From Auanema rhodensis (lineage: Eukaryota > Animalia > Nematoda): a DNA stretch of 64,000 nucleotides. Below, piece after piece: positions 38,431-49,978 of this stretch. Made by a program: the position numbers and the translations under genes. The stretch's first letter is position 1. Each line of letters opens with the position of its first letter. The notes below the pieces were generated by a model. The model did no database searches. It was not told the origin of the DNA and saw only the letters and a list, made by a program, of their open reading frames with translations. The DNA lies in NCBI GenBank assembly GCA_964057225.1, contig OZ059899.1, positions 12,090,001 through 12,154,000 on the forward strand, in the 5' to 3' direction.

Positions 38431-41137
38431 TTAAAGTTGGCGTGATTCAATCCAATCTCGAGCTACAGATTTACCATTTCCACTGCACACGCGAACTTTT
38501 TTGTCTGTTGAAGCAACGGTTCTACTGAAATTTCCAATGAAACATCTTAAATATGAAGGTTGAAAGTGAATTTACCTGGAAACCACTGGTGTAAAAGCTG
38601 TTCTTCTTGGTGATACTGATGATGCAAAAGATGGAACAGTGCGATCTCTGTAGAAGATGTGATTATACTTACGTTTTGCAAAACTCTTCACTTACTTGAC
38701 AAGAACTCGCGCAGGCGTAGCATACAGAGGTTCTTCAAGCATACTTTCAGATGTTCGAGCATCGAATAAGCTTTGCGGTCTTGGTCGGCGGTCTTGTAGG
38801 TTCTTAGGTTTTATTCTACGATCTATTGGAGGACTGTGGTCAACAAAAATTCTGCTGGCATGAAACATCATTTCTGGACTCTGAAATTTGATTGAAATGA
38901 AAGGTAAGTTGAAGTTCTTGAAGATAGTTGAGACATACTTCAACTCGGGCTGCTTTCGCTCTAACTACCAGGGCATCAGGCTTCTGCGCTGTACGCAAAA
39001 CACGCTGTGTCTGAGGAGATCCATTAGCAAATCTTGTTGACACCAAAGGTGAACGTGGGCTCGCCTGGAAGAAGTATTGCTATTGAATTTTTTTGTTCAG
39101 TTAATTTCGGAACGTAGTTAAATCAAAAAAGTTGCTTATTAACCTGTATGTTGGCTGGTCGTTGAGCCAAACCAAACTTCCTATGAACTGGAGGAGGTGT
39201 TATTTGGCTGAATGAAACACTGTCAAGTAATGATTCTTCACTATAATTAACACAAATATTTATTAGGGAAGTCTCACTAAATGATCTTACTCATCATGCA
39301 CACTTCGATCATACATACTCCGTGGACGTTGTTGTTGCTTACGTCTCCAATTTCGTGTTACTCCTTCTGACCTCAAGCATGTTGTTGATGCTATTGTTGT
39401 TGCCTAAAATATATCAGAAGGTAAATCAATCGACAATACGGTAACGTACAACAATCGGTACAGGATTGGGTTGAAGAGGAGATTGATAAGAATCTCTTGT
39501 TGGTGGTACAGCGCTGGCTAATCCTCGATCTTCTAAGGATAACTTTCGATAGGTTGAATATGGCATAGATGGCTGTGTACTAAACGTTTGACAGTTAGCT
39601 TATCTTCTTCAGATCATTAGATCATTTAACAAACTTTGATAAGTCGGTACTGAATACACTGCTGCATCCTGAATCACAACTAACAGAAGACCGATGACTG
39701 ATAGATGGCGATGTACTTCGAGATGGTACTGTCTATAATTGATATTTCTTATGTAAAACAAATCAAATCTCCAATAGTCCATAGGATAATGGTTAATTTA
39801 TTTTGACAATGGAAAGTTAATATCTTAATCGAGCTTCATGAATATGAAATTCTTTTCTCTTTCTCTCATTCTCTGGAATATTTTTCATCACATGGTGAAC
39901 GTTCGCATTCCTTCATTGTCTCGAATTCATTAGTTCAAAGAAATGGTCAATGGACATAAAATCTCCATATTTTCTTTGTTGTAAATCGGCTGGAAAAGGC
40001 TTGCTTGGTTGGCAGGTCGTAAGAACTTCTCTTCTTCTCATCATCAACATCATCATCTCTCAATCAGAGTGGCCTCATCATTTTGGTATCTGGTTTTCAA
40101 TGTCCGTACGGCCAGCACTATACATGCAGTTGATCAGCTGGCTGTCTTCTCTTTGCGAGAGCTTCACTCTTCATCAACATCATCATCTTTCCTTTTCTCA
40201 TCGTTGTCGCTCGTTCTCGTCTCCATCTACATCATCATCAGCATAAATTCATTTCTCTCCTTCAGTTATCTTCTGTTTCATCCTCTCAATCAAGCCACTC
40301 ATAATTTGTCTCTCTTCGTTTTTCTTATTATATTTTTCCTCTTATCTAACTCCAGCATTTGAAAATCCCAATATATTCGCACAGCGGGATTGAATGAGGC
40401 CGTTATCCGGTAAAAGACGACGACAATCACCTCTTGGATACAAAGGATAACCAATATAAATCTTATTTTAACTAATAAATTTGACAGTCATCGACCATAC
40501 AATATGCATAAACATGAAAATATGTGAAAATTTCCCTGTAAATTAAAGTAAATTCAAATTTTCTAACAAGCACGTATCACTTGTTTTATTTAAAATATCG
40601 TTTCCGCTTTTTTCTCTCTCTCAACAGATTATAAACAGGAAAAGCAAACAGAACGTTAAACAAAAAAACGAACCTGACTGTTGCTGATACCGGAATCATC
40701 ACTTTGAAGAGATGTTCTATCCAACTTTTGCTCAGCTGTTCTCTTAATTCTGGCTTGAATATCGGCACATCCCGGAATCATTGGTAGTCGATCTCTCATT
40801 TCCTAATACGATTAGTAAGTTATGACACTAATTGGCTATTGATAATGAAAGTTACCTGCATCAAACGATGATGTTTAGTTCGAAGAGCATCTAATTGCAT
40901 CATTCCTTGTTTGCAAGCCTCAATACGAGCACGAATTTTGTCATCACCTCCAACGATTCTGACATCACGAGCAGTTGATATACTCAGAGATGATGTATCC
41001 AAAGAGTTATTCGATGATATGGTTGTATATGAATCATGCTCGACCAAAGAAGCTGTGTTAGGATTGAAACCATAATCACGAGGCGGCGGCTCCGGGGGCG
41101 GACTAGCGCCCTCAGGAACCGCGAATGCCTTGTTCAT
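38431..41137 (-). CDS. Uncharacterised ~400-aa largely disordered protein with a Dapper/Dact-like N-terminal helix
   Basis: TTTTCAG acceptor at ~41150, then MNKAFAVPEGASPPPEPPPRDY...KIRARIEACKQGMMQLDALRTKHHRLMQ|EMRDRL...SDDSGIS..SSVSCDSGCSSVFSTDLS..RPRSMYD..RPRPQSLFD..DWIESRQL*. About 10 phase-compatible exons. It has its own stop, so it is separate from tensin. Confidence 0.8.
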
Positions 41138-44098
41138 AAACCACTTTTTCTGAAAATAGTAAAAATGCAATAGTTATAGTACAGAAAGATTGCATGATGC
41201 CAATTTGAAGAAAGAAAAACGAGAATAATACTTATGTGCTATGATACATCTCGGAAGTGAACACGAGCAAGAACTGGAGATAGACATGAGACCAATCTGA
41301 GCATTCGGACGCAAACTTCAAGTGTTTCGAAAAGCAGAAGAGTTGATGAACAAGAGGCGAGAAGAAGCATAATCGGAGATGAAGAAGCTCTTCATCTGAC
41401 ATACACAGAAACAAACAGTCATGTTATTCTGATCAAGCAGATAATCGTATAGTTAATGAGTCAAATGAACAGGTAATACAATTCGTACAACTGATGAAAA
41501 ATTAAAAATCTTTTGAAAAATTCTTATAAAAGGACGAGAAATTAAGAATAAATAGATAGAAGATATATCATCTTCAAACAGATTAGGTACATTGACCATC
41601 CTATTTGAGAGAGATTACCGTATTTACTAGACAGCTGACTAAGGTTATAGTTACTTAGAAACTTTATTGAATATGCAGAAATATGCTGCTTTATATAATA
41701 AACAAAAGATAAAAGAAATGGAAAAATAAAACGAAACTGGTTGATGATATGAAAAAATCTTGTCAATTGATCATTACTTTGACGGATATGCAACACTATA
41801 TTCGCCAATGTATTGTATTATTTTGATTTTCTAAAACAGCTGATTAGATCAAAAGGAATGTGGTTACATTCTTTCATTAGCTTTGAACTGAAAGTCAATA
41901 CTTGGAGAGTTGTAAATGAATGAGCTAGAGGTTGTGAGTGCATTTTGAAAATAATATTCGAGGTTGGAGGATGGAAGATCGTTCGGCAGAAACAATGAGA
42001 GCAATTGATTCTCAGCTGGAACGAAGAAAAGCTTGAAACCTGATGAAAAGAATACAATGGAAGCAGGAAACGAACTGAAAACAGACTAGATTCAGAAGTT
42101 TATGCTGGTGGTCGACAGATGAAAACGAAGAGACTGAGGCGGCCTTATTTGCTCTTCTCTACAACAGATAATACCAGAAGGAAGAAGAGGCACCGAAGAA
42201 AGAGAGAAGAACATTCGGGAGCATATGATCCTTCATTAACTCTTAATATAGGTAGATGGACAAGTGAGAAGGGATAGGAAAGCAGTAAGAGGCTACGAGG
42301 GCAAAAAAGTGCGAGAAAGCTATGGTAACGTAACAAAGTAAAGAGATAGTATGAGGAGGAGAAAGTAGAATATAACTGAGCAGAGGTATCGCCGTTACTT
42401 CACAAATCTTTGCCGACAAAATAAAGAAACGTAGAAATGCATATATAAATGATATAAGTAATATTAAGAGTTATCTAGGAGATAAGATCCAAAAGTCTTA
42501 CTATATTAAGCATAAACTAGGTACTATTAGTTATCCGGATAACTATTAAAGTTAAAATTTTAATTTAGAAACCGTATAGTGAAGTAAATAAAAGGGAAGA
42601 CTGAGAAATTAATTAAGGGATAATAATAATGGGAAAAGGAATGCAGGACAGTGGGGGCGCGGAATATTCAAGACAACTACCACCACCTCCACCTCGTCAT
42701 GAGAACAAGAGAGAGAAAGAAAGAGAACAGGGACGAAAGGAAGAGAATAGATAAAGAAATGAGCTATAAGAATTAAAATAGAGTGAGAGAATAAGATAAG
42801 AATTTTAGGATGTAGAGAATATTTTATTTGACAAAGATCTGTAGGCAACAATAGACATATATAGCATAAAGGGAATGCGAATTGAAAGAATTCACAAGAC
42901 ATGCTTTGAACATGCCAGATAAGGAATTCCTTAATCCTTACCAAACTTGTGAAGAAAGAATGAAATAAAGAGCATATTATATGAATAGATTAATGTAAAA
43001 AACCATAACCAAGTAATTTCCTGTTGATTTTGTCTATTACTATATTGAAGATGTTAAATGATGTCATCAACATATACAATGTTACTTATCAGTCTTTCTA
43101 TCCATGGTCAAGGTTATATTTCAATACATATACATACTTTAATTGAAATATTATAAGAATATTTAATATAATATTTCCAAGAATCTTATTAGAAATTTCT
43201 TTTGTTTCTATTATATATTAATATTTAGATTCAGGTACTGTATTACATAGTCTTCTAGAATTTCAACAAAATCGGGCGTTTGAGATCAGACAAGAAACAT
43301 TTTTCAAAAATTGTCGATTTTCATACTAAATGAATTGAATGAAAGTAAATATGCATTTAGCCATAAATATCCCATTCTTGACAATATCTAAAGCACTAGT
43401 CCATTCTTTACAATTGTTTAAGTTGGAATATTTGTCCGGCTCATTTGATTACCAGATAATAACTGAAAAATCAATGTTATTCAAGAATAATGGTTTTACA
43501 CTCAGCGATTTTCGAAATCAACGTATAATCTCTACAGTGACTTGACATTAAGGTCTGCACGAATCAACCATTGGGAAAATGTGATTCTGCAATGATTCAG
43601 TTCAATTAGACTACCATCAGTATGTTATATTTAAACATTTCAAAAACTCAAAATGTAAGAATATAGAATATCAAAATTATATCTTAACCTTGGAAGTTTA
43701 TATTTATAGATAGTCTTTGCAAAGACATCGGATATTTAAAAACAGGCTTTAAGCGTACGATATTATCTGCTACAAATATCTGGGGGCTAATCTTATTTCT
43801 TGGTATTTTAATATTTTTTTCTCAATAGCTTTTATTTTTTTCTCCAAAAAATTCTCAAATAATCTATGACTTGACCATAAATAACCTTCTCTGTATTGTT
43901 GCCACGCTAGAAACATTAAGTCACGTTCCACATTTTTTTCCCGACGCTTGTTTTAGTGTTCTGAATATTTTAAATATTAATTGTTATTTTTAAAAGTGAA
44001 AAAGATGAAAAATACTTGAATTCTAACTTTGCGAAAGAGCATTTACCTTTAACATTTTTTATTCATATTCTTAGTTATTTCGTTTCAGATTTTTTTAA

Positions 44099-45029
44099 AT
44101 GAGCTGGACTTCCGTAGGAGTCCGGTCTCTCGGGCTTGTTATTAGATCTTTGAACAGACAACGCGTTTATGACTGTTCCCCTGTTCTTTTAAAAAGTAAC
44201 ATACCCAACTATGCAAGGTTTTTGGCTACTGCCGCTAAAACACCTTCCTCAAGTAAGCCTAATCTGAATGTTGGAACTATTGGTCATATTGATCATGGAA
44301 AAACTACTTTAACTGCTGCTATTACTCAAGTTCTCTCTAAAAAAGGTTGGGATAATAATCTTATGCTAAGTATTATATGCTATGAAATTGTAGGATTTGC
44401 AAAATCCATTAAATTCGACGAGATTGATAAAGGAAAGGAAGAAAAAAAGAGAGGAATTACCATAAATATTGCTCATATTGGCTATGAAACGGATAATAGA
44501 CGATATTCTCATACTGATTGTCCTGGACATGCTGATTTCATCAAGGTTTTGTCAATGTTTTTTTTGTTATTTTCATTCTTTTTATAGAACATGATTTGTG
44601 GAACGGCACAAATGGATGCTGCTGTACTTGTCATTGCAGCAACTGATGGTGTAATGGCTCAAACAAAGGTTTCATATGAAATTTAATTCTTTTTTTAATT
44701 CAGTATTAAGGAACATCTCATTCTTGCTAGACAAATCGGATTAAAGAACATCATCGTGTTCATCAATAAAGCGGATTTGGTTGATAACGACGTATTGGAT
44801 TTGGTTGAAATTGAAGCTCGTGAGTTACTGTCTTTGCATGGATTCGATGGTAAGAATACATTCACATATTTTACTTTATTTTAATGTTATCAAGGTGATG
44901 GTTCTGCTGTTATTCGTGGTTCAGCTCTTAATGCTTTGGAAGGAAAAGATGAATCCTCTGTTGAACAGTTGATGCAAGCTCTAGACTCTGTTCCTGAGCC
45001 AGAGAGAAAAGAGGTAACGAGGCTTGAGT

Positions 45030-45062
<33 letters not shown>

Positions 45063-45869
45063 TTGTTTAAGGATGAACCAATGGTTATGCCAATTGCTTC
45101 CCGTATTGCAATTACTGGAAGAGGAACTGTTGTCGTTGGCACAATTGAAAAAGGAACCCTCAAGAAAGGAGATAAGTTAGAAATCAAAGGAGATGGTATA
45201 AACCAAACTACTGTAGCTTCTGATATTCATGTCTTCGGTAAAAGTGTTAAAGAAGTAATATATTCCAGTTTGGAAAACTATTAACATTTCATTTCCTAGG
45301 TGAAAGCTGGTGATCACTGTGGAGTCTTGTGTCGAGGATTGAAATCTGATAGCGTAAAGAGAGGTTTTCAATAAACAATATTTGTTTTCTCATTTCTCGA
45401 ACTAATTATAGGTGTGTGGGCTGGACATATTGGAGCTGTAACAGTAACTAACCATGTAAAAGCCGAAATTTATTTGTTAAGTGAAGAGGAAAATGGAAGA
45501 AAAACCGGTATTCGTACAGGCTTTACCGATAAATTGTTCTGTAGTACATGGGACCAGGTTTTTAAACTGCTTTTTTTCGAGTTTTCCACTTTTCAATTTA
45601 TAGGTGGCTCGTTTTGACTTATCACAAGAAATGCTAATGCCTGGGGAGCATTCTCAAGCTGATTTATACTTCATTAGAGATATGCCACTAAGAAAAGGAA
45701 TGCCATTCACTTTGAGGTAAGATTGTAAAATTATAATTTTGTATAACTTGGTAATTTAAGAGAAGGAAAGTCTAAGCAAACCATTGCTCGCGGGCTCATT
45801 TCTGAATTATGCCCTAGCGTTAAAGTAGATAATTATAATTTAAAGAAAGTTGTAGGAGGAGGTAATTAG
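44099..45869 (+). CDS. tufm-2: Mitochondrial elongation factor Tu2 (nematode EF-Tu for D-armless tRNA-Ser)
   Basis: Presequence-like N-terminus, [55 protein letters not shown] and NKAD. EF-Tu2-type substitutions ([25 protein letters not shown]) and a short C-terminus without the long EF-Tu1 extension. Confidence 0.92.
45030..45058. repeat. (TA)n microsatellite inside a tufm-2 intron
   Basis: Direct reading of the sequence. Confidence 0.9.
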
Positions 45870-46101
45870 ATAATTTCCATGAGAAAATAGTCAGACTAGA
45901 TTAGTGATTATAGGTTTATGAAATATATTTTTTGCATTGAAGTATCGTTATTGTTTTTTGTTTTTTGTTTTAAACTTGTTTTAATTATGTATAAATTATT
46001 TTACTACATCTGGATATCAAATAAGTTTTAAGGTTTATGTTTCCTATGAAATTTCTTGTGGTTATATAGTTGCAATTTTATTCATTAATTTAAAATTTAG
46101 A

Positions 46102-48603
46102 ATGTCCAAAACTGTTGAAGACGGTCTTGAAGACTTTATATGGGGTAATGTAGATCAAAACTCTTACTTGCAAAGGTAAAATATACATATATTTTTCAAT
46201 ATATCTTATTATTATATTGTAGAGTAGTTAAATGTGAGGAAAGGGAGCTAGATTCACTATTGAAACGAGTTAGCCAGATTGATGATACCTTAAATCGTCA
46301 ATTACGTAAAGAAGTTGAGCAAAATTTGTCTCGTTTATTAGAACAAACAACAGCATTAGAAGCGCTAGATGGAACTCAAAAAGGTGTTCACACTGATATG
46401 AATGATGTCTATGAACGATGTGACAGGTAATCATGAAATTATGTCGAGTTTTCATTTTCCAATTTAAGATTCGCTAGTAATCTGCAGAATCTTGTGCAAG
46501 AGTTCAGAGAAGAAACTAAAAATTTTGAAAATATGGTAAAATTGAAAAATGTTATAGAAGATGCTATGAAGTGAGTTATCTTTGACAATAAAGTTATTAT
46601 TACTTTTTTATAGGTGTGAGGATTTGTTAGATGCTTTTGATAAACGTAGTGAACTCGTAAAAAGATCTGAAATAGTTTGTGAAATTCAAGGAATTGTTCA
46701 CGATAATCCTGAACTCTTACAAATCACTTGGTTAAAAGAAACTATCTCCTCCAAACTAAAAGCTGCTGTTAATGAGGTATATATTCCCAAGTTATCTCTA
46801 TTTAAAAATTGTTTCAGGTTCGTCGTGCTGCTGCAGATGATTTGCGTCGAGCTCTAATAAGTCTTAATGCTTCACTTGTAGCTTCCTCTACTAAAGCTTT
46901 GTCCAATTTGGGCGTGCTTGAAGGTTAATTAGTTCTTTTGAATATAATCTGACTCTGAAATTCTTGTAGCTGAATTAGAAGTTCAATTATCTTCATCGGC
47001 TGCTGAGGTTGATGCGAAATTGGCCGAGTTAGGAAACTCTCCAGACTCTTCAAAGCTCCTTCCTCTTTGTGTCAGTTTGATTCATTCGCAATTAGAGCAG
47101 TCGACACTATTAGGTATATTAACTCTTTTTCTATTCATGTATGCAATTATTTTAAGGAAATAGTCATATGACTAAGTTCAGTGAAAAAATTGCCAGGAGT
47201 ATCAGAGCCCGTGTTCCCCTTGATGCTACTTATGCTTTACGGTATTTGTTATTAATTTTTAGATCTAAAATAAATAGAAATTTAGTTTTGTTCAACAAAT
47301 GGGACGAGTTTTGCAGTCCCGGCCTGAATGCTCACTAGGTCCTTTGGATGATGCTCTGCGCCCTTTGAAGGCTTCATTGCTATCGCAATCTTTGCAGCGA
47401 CTACACAGCATAATTGATCAACATGATTTTACTTCGACACAAGCTAATGCGTTTGTTGATGTGGTATGAAAATAGAGTAATTTGGGTATTTGATGTCTTA
47501 ATTATTTAGTTGAATACTGCCTTCGAAGAAGAATTAGGCAAAGTTGCTTGGGACAATGATCTTCGCGAAGAAATGCAAAAAACAATCAAGAAAAGTCTTG
47601 GTATGGTTGCCAAAAGATTTGAACTGGAAACAAAATTGGAAAGTGATTCACTGTTATTCGGTATTTTTAAAATAAATGTAAGCCAAGTTAATTATGAATT
47701 TTCCAGGTGACCGTTTGAACTCTGTGCAATTGACCAATTATCGTCTTCTTCAATCAGCTAATTCCTTAGCTGCTCGTTGGCCTGCACATTCTGGGCCGTT
47801 GAATACATTCCAGAATGAAGTACTCGGAACCATCATGGATGCTGTCAAAAAAAGCGTTACTACTATTCTCTCAACTATGCATAAAGAAACGTTGGGTACT
47901 AAGGATGTATCACCTTATATGCAGGTAAACCTAGATCTTTCCTTAGCCTGATTATCAAGTTCTGTTTATTTTTAGGAATTATGTGCGTTCCTTAGTCGAG
48001 TTGTGCTCCATACTGCTCATATGGGAGGAAGCATTCATCAAGCTAACGGCTTATCGTCTCTCGTAGATTTCATAATTGAGCAATTTCTGTTATATTCAAC
48101 CTTAATCCGGCCAATTAATATGGATATTCGGCATTCTCTTCACAGAGATTTTCAGAGGTACGGTGATATAAACAAAAGCTTATTGAACATAATTATTTCA
48201 GCCTCTTAAGCGTGATTGGTCAGATGGGATACGGAGCCAAATTTCCTGAACCTTCTCGTCTTACAGCTTTGTATACTGATGAATTGTCTGAACTTCCCGA
48301 TTTTATCCCCATGTGGGCTATCATACACGTGTTGATCAGTGACTCTCCAGCTGTTCTCATGAGTCCACATGCTAGTGTAGAATGGACTGTGAGTTCACTT
48401 CTAATATATATGTTGCAAATAAAATTCCTTTGCAGGTTGATGAATATGTAACTTGGTGTAATGAGCATAATCTTATGGAGCGCCTGGCTTTCTTGAATAG
48501 CTTGATGTCGTCATATTCCAATTCAGTGGTCTCGAGGGGCGAAAAGGAATATATTCCTCATTATCCTTTGTTAGTTCAATATCTTAAGAAAGGAATGTCA
48601 TGA
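46102..48603 (+). CDS. cogc-5: Conserved oligomeric Golgi complex subunit 5
   Basis: N-terminal coiled coil (..LKSSITSHLSRLLEQTTALE-like), VSPYMQELCAFL, FLLYSTLIRP, and a C-terminal LMSPHASVEWTVDEYVTWC..SYSNSVVSRGEKEYIPHYPLL typical of COG5. Confidence 0.88.
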
Positions 48604-48734
48604 AAATGCAATATTCATTATTGAAATATGATTCTGTTATAATAGTGTAACAAAAACTTTAACATTTTGTAAATATAATCTTGTTAATATTAGGGAATCG
48701 GGTAATATTTACTGTGATGGTAACTATAATTTAT

Positions 48735-48847
48735 AATAAAGTTTTTACTGTTTTCTTGTCTCGTTCTAAACTTGTTTATATCACAACTTGGCATACCTTT
48801 TCGCAAAATCAGCGACGAAGGAGAGTATTGATTAAAAACCATTTCAG
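48735..48847 (+). promoter_or_regulatory. Intercistronic region with operon (SL2-type) architecture
   Basis: AATAAA at 48735-48740, U-rich tract, TACCTT (UAYYUU Ur-element consensus) at 48794-48799 and TTTCAG acceptor at 48842-48847, two nt before the ATG. Confidence 0.6.
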
Positions 48848-48849
48848 AT

Positions 48850-49362
48850 ATGCAACGAAGGGAGGAAATTTATTCTGATGATGATGAATGGGAAGAAACA
48901 ACCCTTGTGGTTGAGGTAGATTCATGAGCCTTATCAGTTTAACTTAATTGGTTAGGTCAATGGAGTATTAGATGCACAAATGGTTCGAAAAGCCGTAGGA
49001 TTAGGACAAGTTAGCTTACGTAGACCTGAAACGGATAAACCTATTCTTCAGGTGCTTACTAATGATTTCATTCTTGCTCAGCTTACGTATTGATTTAGAT
49101 TGCAAATTCATTATACACCGGCAAGTGGACGAAGACCGTGGGGACGGATATTATCTTGGAGGCTAGCAACGGCCAATTAAAAGTGATATATCCAGTTAAC
49201 GTTTTACTGATGGTTATATTTGTATTTAAGGTGTTATCGACTACAGACACAATGTTAAAAACGGAAAAGGCTTTATTAACAGCTATGCCAACGCAAGAAA
49301 CAGAACCAATCCCAACTATAAATAAGAAATCTGTAAAGCAAGAAGGAAAAACTAAACAATGA
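48850..49362 (+). CDS. TFIIIC triple-barrel domain protein (GTF3C6/Tfc7-like)
   Basis: Four exons: MQRREEIYSDDDEWEETTLVVEVNGVLD..LRRPETDKPILQIANSLYTGKWTKTVGTDIILE. This fits the TFIIIC_sub6 pattern (acidic start, P.LQI..Y.G.W...GT...E). Confidence 0.8.
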
Positions 49363-49442
49363 CGTTAACTATTCATGTTGTATATTCACTTATCAACTTT
49401 AAATGATACATTATGAAGCCAAAATCTAAAATTTGGTTTTAA

Positions 49443-49530
49443 CTGGCAGTGGGCGTCAGCCGATTAGCCCCGCCCCAGTGCCGCTCGCTTTCGCGCCCGG
49501 TCTTCAGGCTGGGATGCCAGCCGTAGACGC
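49443..49530. promoter_or_regulatory. GC-rich island, probable met-1 promoter (GC box and E2F-like site)
   Basis: About 90 bp of high GC in an AT-rich background, with CCCCGCCCC at 49468-49476 and TTTCGCGCC at 49489-49497. Confidence 0.5.
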
Positions 49531-49978
49531 AATAGTATGGATTTATAAATTCAAACTGCGGTATTCATTAACGTTTTATTCCATTTTTGATTTGTTATTC
49601 AGTTATATACCTTGTTATAATTCAGGCCATTCAAGTGAATCTCTTATTTTTACAGAAAAAAATTGTTTATATGTCATAATGTATCTTATATTCAAACTTG
49701 TTTTTAAATCATCGACCACCAAGTTATATTCTTCAAAATTATATTCAATACCTTTAAATATAAATATTTTAGCTTAATATATTCTTCTTTATTGCAGGAT
49801 TTGTCCTCGTAATCAAATGGAGGTGTAATAAAAAAGGAATATCGGAGTTATTTAATTAAGTGAATTAACTTAGTTCCTCTCTAGTCAAGAATAGTTATCC
49901 AACGAGGGGAACATTTATTTTCTATATTAAAAATAGAATAATTTGGTGAAGAAGATTCAAATATTTTAAACTGTTGTC

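Noticed and set aside
40009-40362. 117-aa and 98-aa plus-strand ORFs
   Set aside because: Low-complexity translation of CT-rich sequence, with no splice partners or recognisable domain.
43790-44090. A/T clusters resembling PATC periodic sequence
   Set aside because: I cannot establish 10-bp periodicity by eye in an AT-rich background; it needs a PATC or autocorrelation computation.
49433-49777. 114-aa ORF over the GC island
   Set aside because: TTG start, composition changes from GC-rich to AT-rich, and no homology cues.
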